Of a stretch of 64,000 nucleotides of DNA, positions 38,454 to 47,868 are shown one piece after another. Source of the DNA: an uncultured cyanobacterium (GTDB taxonomy: Bacteria; Cyanobacteriota; Cyanobacteriia; Cyanobacteriales; CAWCAG01); the NCBI GenBank assembly GCA_963803805.1, contig CAWDOD010000010.1:448001-512000 (forward strand). Reading direction: 5' to 3'. How positions within the stretch are numbered: the stretch's first letter is position 1; the number at the start of each line of letters is the position of its first letter. Both the position numbers and the translations under genes were made by a program. The notes under the pieces are model-generated. The model saw only the letters and a program-made list of their open reading frames with translations. It was not told the origin of the DNA and did not search any database.

Positions 38454-40754
38454 TTAAAATCTAGCTTTGTAGTTGAGTTGAAAAAATCTGAAAGTAAAAG
38501 AAGTACCATTTTTACTGTCAAGAATTATTTCAGAATGTAACTGTTCGGCTAGCGTATGTACTAGTTCTAAACCTAAAGAATTAGAATTTCGCCAATCAAC
38601 ACTGGGGGGAATGCCAACACCATCATCCCAAACTACTAAACAAATTTTTTTGTCGGCATCTTGCTGAAGTTTGATATGAATTTCGCCGCTACGTCCATAG
38701 GGAAAAGCGTGTTTAAAACAATTAGTAACTAGTTCGTTAATTAATAAACCACAGGGAATTGCCGTTTCTAAGTTGAGAATAACAGGCTCTACTTCCATAA
38801 CTAGGGAAATAATACTTAAATCACAGTTATAGGAAATAGCTAAGTTGTCCATTAGCCTATGTATATAATCTTCTAGATTAATTTGTCTCAAATCTTCAGA
38901 CTGATAAAGCTGTTCGTGAACTAAAGCCATAGTTTCAATACGACTTTGACTATCAGCAAAAACACTAGAAAAACGTTCGTCTTCAAGATAGTCAGATTGT
39001 AATTCTAGTAAGCTAGAAATTATATGTAAGTTATTTTTAACTCTGTGGTGAATTTCTTTAAGGAGAATTTCCTTTTCTCGCAGGGAGGTTTTAATTTTCT
39101 CTTTTGCCTCTTTGCGATCGCTAATATCTTCAATTATGCCGACTGCATAGTGGGGTGTACCGTTGGGAAGATAGACTAAAGAAGCCGTTGAACTCGTCCA
39201 AACCGGGCTGCCATTTTTGCATACATAACGTTGCTCTCTAAAAAAAGTAGAAACTTCCCCTGCTAATAATTGGGTAAATAACTGATAAGAATTTTCCCAA
39301 TCATCGGGAGGGGTAATATTCTCAATACTCTTGGTAAGAAGTTCACTTCGAGAATAACCAATAATTTGGCAAAACTTTGGATTAACATTAAGAAAGTTTC
39401 CTTGTAAGTCAGTCTGGATAATTCCTATAGCCGCTTGATTAAAGGTCACTTTAAATCTATCTTCACTGTGGCGTAAAGCTTCTTCAACTTGTAAGCGATA
39501 GCTAATTTCTTTGTGGAGTTTTTGGTTTATTTCTACTAAAGATTGAGTGCGTTCTTTGACTAGCTGTTGAAGATTATCACGATATTTTTGCAATTCTGTT
39601 TCGGTTTGGTAATTTTTAAGGGCGATAGAAATGTACTTCGCAGCATCTTTTAAAGTAGAAATTTCATAATAACTCCAGTTTCTCGGTTCTGAAGTACAAA
39701 AGTAGATTAAACCAACAAATTTTTTACTGTCATGAAGGGGGGCAACTAGCCAGCTTCTAATTTGATGGGTAGAAAGTTGAGGTAAAAGAGGGAGCAGTTG
39801 TGATTCTTTGCTTGTATCGTTAGCTATGATCATGGCTCCTTTGAAGAGATTTTTTAGGCAATTTGGAACAACATCAAGCTCTAATTTTCTCCCTATTAAA
39901 TTATCATTACTTCCATAATGACTATAATGGTATTTGACCTCTAATTCCCCTCTACCATGACTTACTCCGTAAGCCATACTAATATCTGAATAATATTTAC
40001 CCAGTCTTTGAAAGGTTTCTGCTAAGATTTTTTCAATTGATAAATTGTCAATAATACCAGTGGATATTCTATTAATAGTAGTTAAAGATAATTGACTCTC
40101 AATAAGATTTTCTTGAATTTGCTTTCTTTGGGTAAGCTCTTTTAAAAGCTTTTCATTAGTTTCAATTAGTTTTGCACTACGTTCAGTTGCTCTTTGTTCT
40201 AGTTGAAGATTGATTTTTTGTAATTCTGCTTTATTAAGTTTATTTGCTTGTGCTAAAGCAATGGCGTTAGCAGATGAATGTAACCAAGTAATTTCTATAG
40301 GTTCCCACAACTTAGCTTCTAGACAGTTCTCAAAACCAATAATTCCCCAAAATTTGTCATTAATCATTAAAGGAAAGATTAAAATTGATAAAACATCTCT
40401 AGCTACAAAAAAATCCTTTTCCAATTCTGGTAAATCGTCAACGACTTCGTGGAGATATTGACCTTGAGCAAAAAAAGCAACTCTATTAGCTAGTATTTCT
40501 TGGTAAGATGTTGGAGCAATAGAATCTTTTCTAAGAGGAGCAATTTCTGAAGCGCAGTATTCTACTTGATAACGAGTTGCTGAACTTTCTTTATTTAGGT
40601 TACTTTCCAAAATATAGACTCGACTAGCTCTCGCTGCTTTTCCTAAAGTAGAGATAACTTGTTTATAACTATGAGAATCTTCTAAAGAAGCCAGTAACTC
40701 AAATTGCACCTTAGTCAAGGCACTCAGGTAGCGATTCTCGTAAAATAACCTCAT
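38454..40754 (-). CDS. GAF-GAF-PAS sensor histidine kinase (HisKA_2/HWE type); N-terminus possibly in frameshifted ORF 40711-40908
   Basis: Two GAF domains, PAS/PAC (EDISDRK), EIHHRVKNNL and DDGVG. Confidence 0.88.
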   Translation of the reverse strand: MRLFYENRYLSALTKVQFELLASLEDSHSYKQVISTLGKAARASRVYILESNLNKESSATRYQVEYCASEIAPLRKDSIAPTSYQEILANRVAFFAQGQYLHEVVDDLPELEKDFFVARDVLSILIFPLMINDKFWGIIGFENCLEAKLWEPIEITWLHSSANAIALAQANKLNKAELQKINLQLEQRATERSAKLIETNEKLLKELTQRKQIQENLIESQLSLTTINRISTGIIDNLSIEKILAETFQRLGKYYSDISMAYGVSHGRGELEVKYHYSHYGSNDNLIGRKLELDVVPNCLKNLFKGAMIIANDTSKESQLLPLLPQLSTHQIRSWLVAPLHDSKKFVGLIYFCTSEPRNWSYYEISTLKDAAKYISIALKNYQTETELQKYRDNLQQLVKERTQSLVEINQKLHKEISYRLQVEEALRHSEDRFKVTFNQAAIGIIQTDLQGNFLNVNPKFCQIIGYSRSELLTKSIENITPPDDWENSYQLFTQLLAGEVSTFFREQRYVCKNGSPVWTSSTASLVYLPNGTPHYAVGIIEDISDRKEAKEKIKTSLREKEILLKEIHHRVKNNLHIISSLLELQSDYLEDERFSSVFADSQSRIETMALVHEQLYQSEDLRQINLEDYIHRLMDNLAISYNCDLSIISLVMEVEPVILNLETAIPCGLLINELVTNCFKHAFPYGRSGEIHIKLQQDADKKICLVVWDDGVGIPPSVDWRNSNSLGLELVHTLAEQLHSEIILDSKNGTSFTFRFFQLNYKARF

Positions 40755-41016
40755 TATTTCTTTCCTTTGTTTTGCTTAAGCTGGCGAAAAGAAAAACTAC
40801 AATAAGGGTAAGCAAAAGCCACAAAAAAGAGTTTGAAGATATGGGACGAGTAGTTAATAAATAATTGACCGCAAGATGATGAGGGTTTTCAAGGTATTGA
40901 AGCAGCATTCAAAATAAGTTCGCGAAATATTCAAGGTTTCCTTTTTTACTTTCGCAGATGAATGTATGCGTTCCTATGTATATTTATATAGTAAAATTCA
41001 AGCCCAGAAAGAAATA

Positions 41017-41038
41017 GAGACGTTAAAGCTAACGTCTC
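41017..41038 (-). terminator. Hairpin downstream of site-2 protease gene
   Basis: GAGACGTTA-AAGC-TAACGTCTC is a perfect 9-bp stem with a T-rich tail on the minus strand. Confidence 0.65.
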
Positions 41039-41069
41039 CAAATAAATTGTTTCACTTAGTATTTAAGCT

Positions 41070-42191
41070 TTAAGTAGGATTAGTTTGTGCTTGCTTTTGT
41101 AATAAGTTCGTAATGGAGGATTTTTCCAGTAAGCCTACCACTGTACCATTTTCACTGATAACTGGTAGCTGTTGAACTTCTTTTTGTTCTAGTAACTGGA
41201 CAACTTCTAAAAGGGATTGTCTGGCATTAACCGTCATTGTTTCAGCCGTTGATTTCATCACTTCTCGGATAGAAGTTTCTGGCCACAAAGAAGTAGAAAC
41301 TAGCTTCATATCATCAACAGCAATTGTACCAATTAGTTGTTCTGCTTCGTTAGTTACTAAGAACTTGCGCCATTTACCATTACCAATTACATAGTTGTTA
41401 GCAAATTCTCGTAAATTCAAATCAGCAGAAATAACCGGACTATTGGGAATTACTGCATCTGCGGCAGTTAAATTGTTGAGTTTGTCCTGAAGGTTAGCTG
41501 ACTGAGCAGAAAATCCGGCATTTTGTAGTAAAAAGAAACCGATTAATAGAGTCCAAAAACTTCCTATAGGGCTAATTCCTAAAATAGCTAACCCCCCGAC
41601 AATTACTGCTAGCCAACCGAAAAATTGACCAACTCTACTAGCAAAAACCACACCTTTATAAGGATTTCCGGTAATCTTCCAAACGAGGGCTTTAAGAATG
41701 TTACCACCGTCTAAAGGTAAACCTGGGAGCAGGTTGAATAAAGCTAAAACTAAATTAATAGAAGCTAGCAGATTAATGATTACGGCTAAAGGTCCGGAAA
41801 CGCTCGTGGTGAGAGCTAATACAGTAAATAAGCCAAAGAGTAATAAACTAACTAAAGGCCCGGCGATCGCGACGAGAAAGGCTTCTCCAGGAGTTTTTGA
41901 TTCCCTTTCTAAAGAGGCTAAACCCCCAAAAATAAACAGGGTTATAGATTTGACACTAATTCCTTGTTGAATAGCTGCTACACTATGTCCTAATTCATGG
42001 GCTAACACTGAAGCAAATAATAATAAAGCTGTGATTAATCCTAAAATCCAAGGTACTAATCCTGACAATTGAGGAAACCCAGTTAGCTGCCCTCCAAAAG
42101 ATAAAGTAACTAACCCCAGAACTAAAAACCAGGAAGGATTAATAAAGAAAGGAATACCAAATAAACTACCAACACGAATATTATTGTTCAT
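41070..42191 (-). CDS. Site-2 protease (M50) with CBS domains
   Basis: HELGH, AGPLVS and FNLLPGLPLDGG motifs plus a C-terminal CBS pair. Confidence 0.93.
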   Translation of the reverse strand: MNNNIRVGSLFGIPFFINPSWFLVLGLVTLSFGGQLTGFPQLSGLVPWILGLITALLLFASVLAHELGHSVAAIQQGISVKSITLFIFGGLASLERESKTPGEAFLVAIAGPLVSLLLFGLFTVLALTTSVSGPLAVIINLLASINLVLALFNLLPGLPLDGGNILKALVWKITGNPYKGVVFASRVGQFFGWLAVIVGGLAILGISPIGSFWTLLIGFFLLQNAGFSAQSANLQDKLNNLTAADAVIPNSPVISADLNLREFANNYVIGNGKWRKFLVTNEAEQLIGTIAVDDMKLVSTSLWPETSIREVMKSTAETMTVNARQSLLEVVQLLEQKEVQQLPVISENGTVVGLLEKSSITNLLQKQAQTNPT

Positions 42192-42243
42192 AAATAATGA
42201 CCTTTTTTCTTAAGCAAGAAGAGGTTTATCTCTCCATGAAAAT

Positions 42244-42261
42244 ATTGTAACGAAGTGTAAA
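42244..42261 (-). promoter_or_regulatory. HLR1 (RpaB-binding) motif
   Basis: Minus strand TTTACACT-TC-GTTACAAT matches the (G/T)TTACA(T/A)(T/A)-N2 direct repeat with one mismatch, about 50 nt upstream of the S2P gene. Confidence 0.55.
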
Positions 42262-42447
42262 AATAACCACCACGCAAAGATTACCGTAAATGCCGCCCTT
42301 TCAAGTTCGGTTATGAAGACAAGTTTAGGATCTGCCATTACCCTAATAAGTTAGGCATAATATAACTAAGAATTCTTAGACCATTTTCTTTAGTAAATGC
42401 TGCTTCACCCCAGCGACGCTTACCTGTAACCTAAACCCAGTAATCGC

Positions 42448-42948
42448 ATGATGTCAGCTTCAGAACTTTCTACCCCCTCATCTTATAATCAAGAACAACT
42501 ACAACAAATTCTGCAACTTGCGATTACCCGTCAAGCAGATCGAGAAGAGTTTTCTAGAGAAGAACTTTGGGAGATTGCTACAGAATTAGAAATTCCCATT
42601 GAATGTATGCAGGAAGCGGAACAAGATTGGCTATCTCAACAACTTATAGACCAAAGACGGCAAACTTTTGATCTATATCGAAAAGAAAAGTTACAACAGA
42701 AAGTTGCTAAGTATGCAATTATCAATATTTTTCTAGTAAGTCTTGACTCAATTAGTTCTAGTCATCTTTCTTGGTCAGTATATACTCTTTTGATTTCTGG
42801 TATGTTTCTCTCTCTAAGCGCTTGGAGAACTTATCAAAGCAAAGGAGAAGCTTATGAACAAGATTTTTTGAAGTGGGAACGCAAGCGTCAACTCAAGCAA
42901 TCTGTACAGACTCTTTGGCAAATGTTGCAAAAAACTTGGCAAAGTTAA
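42448..42948 (+). CDS. 2TM-domain hypothetical protein
   Basis: SYNQEQLQQILQLAI and ELWEIATELEI followed by two hydrophobic segments. Confidence 0.75.
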   Translation: MMSASELSTPSSYNQEQLQQILQLAITRQADREEFSREELWEIATELEIPIECMQEAEQDWLSQQLIDQRRQTFDLYRKEKLQQKVAKYAIINIFLVSLDSISSSHLSWSVYTLLISGMFLSLSAWRTYQSKGEAYEQDFLKWERKRQLKQSVQTLWQMLQKTWQS

Positions 42949-43156
42949 GCAATACTAATTTTTCACTAAACTAAATATAAAATTAAACTAGCTGTGCTTC
43001 AGGGGTTAAGTTGAGGTACACAAAAGGCGTTTTATGCTAGATGTCTTAATCGTTACCATAAGCCATAGAAATATTAATCAAATGTTAAATTTATTGAAAT
43101 TACTTTACAATTAAACTTAACAAAAATTAATTTTAATCTGAAACCCCTACTCTTAC

Positions 43157-43888
43157 ATGGCTGATCCTAACCATATTGCTCTACTGGATAAAGGCATCAT
43201 TACCTGGAACAACTGGAGACTAAAAAACTTAAAGTTAGTACCTGACTTAGTTGGAGTTGTTTTAGCAGAGAGGGATTTAACTAAAGCAAACTTCTATTTA
43301 GCCGAACTTCTTGAAGCCAACCTTACCAGAGCAAATTTCACTGAAGCTAACTTAATTAAAGTAGACCTAACTAGAGGTAACTTGACTGAAGCAATTTGTA
43401 TTCAAGCAGACTTAGAAGACGCGAATCTCAGTCGAGTTCGTATGAAAAAAATTTACTTAATGCGAGCTAATCTTCGCAAAGCTAATCTCACCAGGGCTAA
43501 CTTAATTGAAGCCAATTTAACCGGGGCTGATCTTAGCCAAGCTAATCTTGTGGGAGCCAATCTTACTCAAACCATAGGTTTGCGGAGTAATTTTAGTCAA
43601 GCCAATTTAACTGGGGCTGATTCTAGCCGGGCAGACTTGACAGGAGCTAATTTAGATAGAGCAAACCTTTTAGGGGCAGATTTAGTTGAGAGTAATCTTA
43701 CCGGAGCAAACTTAGGGAGAGCTAATTTTAGAAAAGCAGATTTGAGTGGTGCAAATTTGCAGGAAGCAAACTTAAGTCAAACAGATTTAACGGGTGTAGA
43801 TCTAAGTGGAGCTAATTTAAATGGAGCTAATTTAGTAGGAGCTAACTTAGATGGGGTAGTTTTGCGTACTTTTCAAAACACTCAGTAA
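43157..43888 (+). CDS. Pentapeptide repeat protein
   Basis: Continuous A(N/D)Lxx repeats after a WNNWR N-terminus. Confidence 0.95.
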   Translation: MADPNHIALLDKGIITWNNWRLKNLKLVPDLVGVVLAERDLTKANFYLAELLEANLTRANFTEANLIKVDLTRGNLTEAICIQADLEDANLSRVRMKKIYLMRANLRKANLTRANLIEANLTGADLSQANLVGANLTQTIGLRSNFSQANLTGADSSRADLTGANLDRANLLGADLVESNLTGANLGRANFRKADLSGANLQEANLSQTDLTGVDLSGANLNGANLVGANLDGVVLRTFQNTQ

Positions 43889-44099
43889 AGCAGATATTTT
43901 TGTTGAGTAGTTGGAGTAGTTGGAGAATTTAATTACTTTTAGAAAGAGAAAATAATAGTGCGATCGCGGTCACTATAAACAGCAATTTTTGTCACTTCAA
44001 TATAATTACTGAGTCACGGAAATCCTAGCCCATCAAGCTGATACTTATATACATAAGGGATAACAGAGTTTTTAATCAACATACAACTTTTGAAAAGCC

Positions 44100-44279
44100 A
44101 TGAAAATTGATATCCAAGAACTGTTTTGCAAAATCATGTCTGTCCGCAATATTTCTCTTGTTGAGCAAAAATTAATCACCTCTCTCTTACAAGAAGACGG
44201 TATCGAAGAAACTGAACGTGCTTTAATTAAAAGATTATTTTATGGCGTAGAACGTGGTTTAGTAAAAGTTGCCCACTAA
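44100..44279 (+). CDS. Small conserved-looking hypothetical protein (59 aa)
   Basis: Not in the ORF track. MKIDIQELFCKIMSVRNISLVEQKLITSLLQEDGIEETERALIKRLFYGVERGLVKVAH has an E.E..LI.RL.Y.V.RG tail seen in small cyanobacterial proteins. Confidence 0.65.
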   Translation: MKIDIQELFCKIMSVRNISLVEQKLITSLLQEDGIEETERALIKRLFYGVERGLVKVAH

Positions 44280-44382
44280 ATGGCAAACGGTTTATAGATA
44301 ACAAATATTTAAACAGACAGTTAAATTAAAAAGTATCAAGAAACGAAACAAACGCAAAGATAAGACATTTAAACGATATATT

Positions 44383-44428
44383 ATAGCTATTCCCAAGCTG
44401 CTGAGGTAGATTTCCACTAGCCATTAGC
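44383..44428. repeat. Dispersed repeat (family B, copy 2)
   Basis: Inverted copy of 14450-14495 (41/46). Confidence 0.8.
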
Positions 44429-44850
44429 CAAAGCGAAAAAATCAGAATGGTACTAATAATTTTTATATTGGGTCATTTCAAATAAGCTACTACGCCTTTC
44501 TGCTGCTCTGTACCTCCTGACTCCAACAAGTAATTCTTTATACCTGATAGCTTAATAACTTATTGACAGATAGCTTTTTAACTGCAACTTATTACTAATT
44601 TTACTTTTTGCAGATTCTATTTATCCCAATAGGAACTAATATTGAGGCTAAGGGCAGAATAAGGGAAGTAGTACTAACTTCAGATAACACAACCTCACTT
44701 GTGAGGCTATCTGAGAGGAATCAAATTATTGGTTGCTTAGGGTTTGTATCTATTTGTGGTTAGTCATTCCTGTGCTAGTAGCTCAGCAAAAAGCAGGGAT
44801 ATTCCCAGTACTAGCTACTTAAGTTAAGTTTGTGAGTGTAAACAGCAGCA

Positions 44851-45600
44851 ATGACAAAGCGCCAGATTTTAATTGGTGACGTTCATGGTCACTACGATGC
44901 TTTGAAGGTACTATTAGAAGCGGTTGCTCCTGGACAACAAGATCAAGTATATTTCCTTGGAGATCTGATTGATAGAGGACCAAAAAGTTCTCAAGTAATT
45001 GAATTAGTAATGCAGAATAACTATTCTTGCATCTTAGGCAACCACGAAGATATGTTGCTTGCTGTCTTAGACAAAGAATCTACTTCTGAAGCAGCGCTAC
45101 AAGCTTGGTTATATAGTGGTGGTTATGCGACTATAGCTAGTTATGGGGAGGAAGGCATTCCTAAAGAGCATATTGAATGGCTACGTACCTTACCCAGTTA
45201 TCTCGATTTAGGGGAGATTTGGCTGGTTCATGCGGGGGTTAATCCTAATTTGCCCTTAGAACAACAAAGTTCTGAACAGTTTTGTTGGATTAGGGAAGAA
45301 TTTCATCGCACTACTCAACCCTATTTTCCTGATAAGTTGATTATTACAGGACATACCATTACCTTTACTTTACCGGGAGTATCACCAGGAAAAATTGCTT
45401 CAGGTCCAGGCTGGTTAGATATTGATACCGGAGCTTATCACCGTAAAAGTGGCTGGCTGACTGCTTTAGATTTTACCCATAAATTAGTTTACCAAGTAAG
45501 GGTAGAACAGCAAGAAGTACGACTTGTTCCTTTAGAAGAATCTGTCGCTCAAGTCAAGTCTGCTCAAGTTTCTACTCACAAATTTGCCTTTCCTTTTTGA
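44851..45600 (+). CDS. PPP-family serine/threonine phosphatase (metallophosphoesterase)
   Basis: GDVHG, GDLIDRG, GNHE, VHAG, GHT and IDTG motifs. Confidence 0.92.
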   Translation: MTKRQILIGDVHGHYDALKVLLEAVAPGQQDQVYFLGDLIDRGPKSSQVIELVMQNNYSCILGNHEDMLLAVLDKESTSEAALQAWLYSGGYATIASYGEEGIPKEHIEWLRTLPSYLDLGEIWLVHAGVNPNLPLEQQSSEQFCWIREEFHRTTQPYFPDKLIITGHTITFTLPGVSPGKIASGPGWLDIDTGAYHRKSGWLTALDFTHKLVYQVRVEQQEVRLVPLEESVAQVKSAQVSTHKFAFPF

Positions 45601-45620
45601 GGTCTTGCTCCCATTAAAAG

Positions 45621-45710
45621 ATGATTGAACCCCTCAACCTTTTAGTTCCCCTGGCTCTTTTAGGTTTGATTATTATAGCAGCGGTTTTTTTTGGTCTGAC
45701 TAAAAGTTAG
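45621..45710 (+). CDS. Putative 29-aa single-TM micropeptide
   Basis: MIEPLNLLVPLALLGLIIIAAVFFGLTKS* fills the gap between the phosphatase and the RT 3' end. Confidence 0.45.
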   Translation: MIEPLNLLVPLALLGLIIIAAVFFGLTKS

Positions 45711-45718
45711 AGAGATTT

Positions 45719-47122
45719 TCAACACCACTTTTCCTTAATACGCTTAACTTGTGCTTGAAAATGACTTCCCTTAACGGAATTAACCATTGCCACAAAATTA
45801 CTAAAACCTTGAATTGCAGCTAGGATATCACTAGAATTTCCCCAGGTTTTTCCGGTTAAGCCATCTTTTTCAATTTGGTATAAAGTAGCACGGAATCGCT
45901 TGAGGGTTTTGCGATCTAAGTTGGGAAATTCGTTCACTACAACCCCAGTTACTTCTATTTGGCTAGATTTGCGGCGTAAAATTCTGGTTTTTTCTTGGTT
46001 GATGGTAAAACCTTCATGGCTAACAATTGATTCGGTACGGCGGAGGAGATTGCAAATATAGCGAAGGTGAGTGCCAGAAGCAGAAAAGGTGAGATCGTCA
46101 GCATAGCGAGTATAAGTAAAGCCTAATTCTACAGCAGCATTAGTTAAGCGTTTGTCCAAACGGCGACAGAGAAGGTTAGAGATGGCGGGGGAAGCGGGGG
46201 AGCCTTGGGGTAAATGACGTTCTCCTAAGGCGACATAATAGGTTTTACTATCTAGTTCTACGGTTTCTAATTCTGCTTCGGTACATAACAAAGCAAAAAT
46301 AGTGGCGGCGGCTTCGGAATAGCCGAAGGAGCGGTATAAGCCTTTAACTCTTTTATAGGAGATAGAGGGGAAAAAATCTTTGAGGTCAAAATTAATAGCC
46401 ACATCAGCACCGACATGGGGTTGAGCATTAGTTACGATAGAGCGATCACGTCGAAAACCATGGGCAGCATTATTAATGGCTATTTTTTCTAAAATATTGC
46501 TCAAAAGCCAGTGTTGAGCTTGTTTTAACTTGGGCAGGGGAGCAGATATTAAGCGCTCTCCCCCGGTTTTTTTCGGGATTTTAAAGCGTATGTAATGGGA
46601 TATGGTGGCAGTTTTGCGGTTAAAAGTGAGGAAGCGTAACTGCCCGATGCTAATTTTCATGGCTTGGGCAATTTCCTGGGCTGTTCCTAAGATTGGTATA
46701 CCATGCGATCGCAACCTTTCTTCGTCGCAGTGAGTATGATTTAGCCCTCCGGAAACCTCTTCTCCTAAATAGACAATATCTTGCTCTTGTTTTTGTTGCC
46801 AAGCTTCTGAGCGTTCCTGTCGTTGTCTTTCCCGCCTTTCTTTGGTTTGGGCCTGTTTGCGTCGGGATTCAGCTAATCGCTGCTTCAAAGCCTCTTTACG
46901 GAGGGCTTTTTCATTAGTAAGTCGGGAACTTTCTCGCCGTAACTGTTCTAACTCCCGGCGAATCTCTCCTGTCCGGCGAATCTCATCGGCAGGATCTTGG
47001 GGGATCTCTCCTTCCTCTGGCCAAAAACCCAAGCGAATCATTTCTTCTAAAATAAATTCTTGTTTCCCTCTTTGGCGGATAATATCGTAGAGTTCCTGAC
47101 GGTTACGGGGTTGCTCGGACAT
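45719..47122 (-). CDS. Retron-type reverse transcriptase (Mx162/Sa163-like) with N-terminal helical extension
   Basis: IPKKTGGERLISAP, AHGF, retron region X TNAQPH (NAxxH), DLKDFFPS, LPQGSPASP, YTRYADDLTFS and region Y EVTGVVVN (VTG). Confidence 0.9.
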   Translation of the reverse strand: MSEQPRNRQELYDIIRQRGKQEFILEEMIRLGFWPEEGEIPQDPADEIRRTGEIRRELEQLRRESSRLTNEKALRKEALKQRLAESRRKQAQTKERRERQRQERSEAWQQKQEQDIVYLGEEVSGGLNHTHCDEERLRSHGIPILGTAQEIAQAMKISIGQLRFLTFNRKTATISHYIRFKIPKKTGGERLISAPLPKLKQAQHWLLSNILEKIAINNAAHGFRRDRSIVTNAQPHVGADVAINFDLKDFFPSISYKRVKGLYRSFGYSEAAATIFALLCTEAELETVELDSKTYYVALGERHLPQGSPASPAISNLLCRRLDKRLTNAAVELGFTYTRYADDLTFSASGTHLRYICNLLRRTESIVSHEGFTINQEKTRILRRKSSQIEVTGVVVNEFPNLDRKTLKRFRATLYQIEKDGLTGKTWGNSSDILAAIQGFSNFVAMVNSVKGSHFQAQVKRIKEKWC

Positions 47123-47150
47123 GGTTTGGGCAGGATAGAGGAACGAAGAT

Positions 47151-47179
47151 ATTATAGTACAAGCGAACTTAATTATCTA
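47151..47179 (-). promoter_or_regulatory. Sigma70-type promoter of the RT gene
   Basis: Minus strand TAGATA-N17-TATAAT, with the -10 box ending 28 nt before the ATG. Confidence 0.6.
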
Positions 47180-47868
47180 TATTTGTTCAACCAGTTATTA
47201 AGAAAATTCTGCAACCATTCTTCTCTTTCCTTGCTATAACAGATATGTTTCTCAAGCTGTTCCGCAACAGACTGCGCCCCAGGGAGAGTCAGTTGATCTG
47301 CCCCGTTTGTTGTCCAAAACTTAATCATCTCCTCAGTCATTTCCGGGTGAAACTGCAACCCGTAAGCATTCTTACCATAACGAAAAGCCTGATTAGGAAA
47401 GAGTTCTCCTGATGCTAATTTAACAGTTTCTGGTGGCAGTTCAAATCCTTCTTGATGCCATTGATAAACCTGTTTGAGTTGAGCAAAATCTGCTTTGCCT
47501 TCTGGGGTAGAGGTGATAGGAAAATAACCAATTTCCCTAATTCCTTGAGGGTGTCGGACAACTTTTGCTCCCAAAACTCTAGCTAATAATTGTGCGCCCA
47601 AGCAGATACCCAAAAAGGGTTTTGCTGAGGTGATCGCGGTGGGAATCCAGTCTAATTCTGTGCGAATATGGGGTAAGGTCTGGTCATCATTAGCACTCAT
47701 AGGACCACCAAAAACGACCACAGCTTGATGATTATCTAAACTAACAGGAAGTTCCTGCCCTACACTAGGAATGCGAATATCAAGTCCATATCCCGCTTGT
47801 TGTAACAGCTTTCCTACTAATCCAGGATTAGATGTTGTTTGGTGAACAACAACCAGAATTTGCTTCAT
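47173..47868 (-). CDS. Class I glutamine amidotransferase (GMP-synthase-like)
   Basis: GGPMSAND, GICLGAQL and GLQFHPE catalytic triad motifs. Confidence 0.9.
   Translation of the reverse strand: MKQILVVVHQTTSNPGLVGKLLQQAGYGLDIRIPSVGQELPVSLDNHQAVVVFGGPMSANDDQTLPHIRTELDWIPTAITSAKPFLGICLGAQLLARVLGAKVVRHPQGIREIGYFPITSTPEGKADFAQLKQVYQWHQEGFELPPETVKLASGELFPNQAFRYGKNAYGLQFHPEMTEEMIKFWTTNGADQLTLPGAQSVAEQLEKHICYSKEREEWLQNFLNNWLNKYR

Noticed and set aside
45621-45710. petG assignment for the MIEPL- micropeptide
   Set aside because: Only the first five residues match; the GIVLGL and YxQYxR features are absent.
46965-46985. 12-bp direct repeat GAGATTCGCCGG in the RT 5' region
   Set aside because: Explained by the repeated peptide EIRR; no evidence of an RNA element.
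45719-47122. Group II intron, DGR or CRISPR-associated RT
   Set aside because: It has retron NAxxH/VTG signatures. There is no room for intron RNA domains, and no TR/VR repeat pair, avd or cas1.
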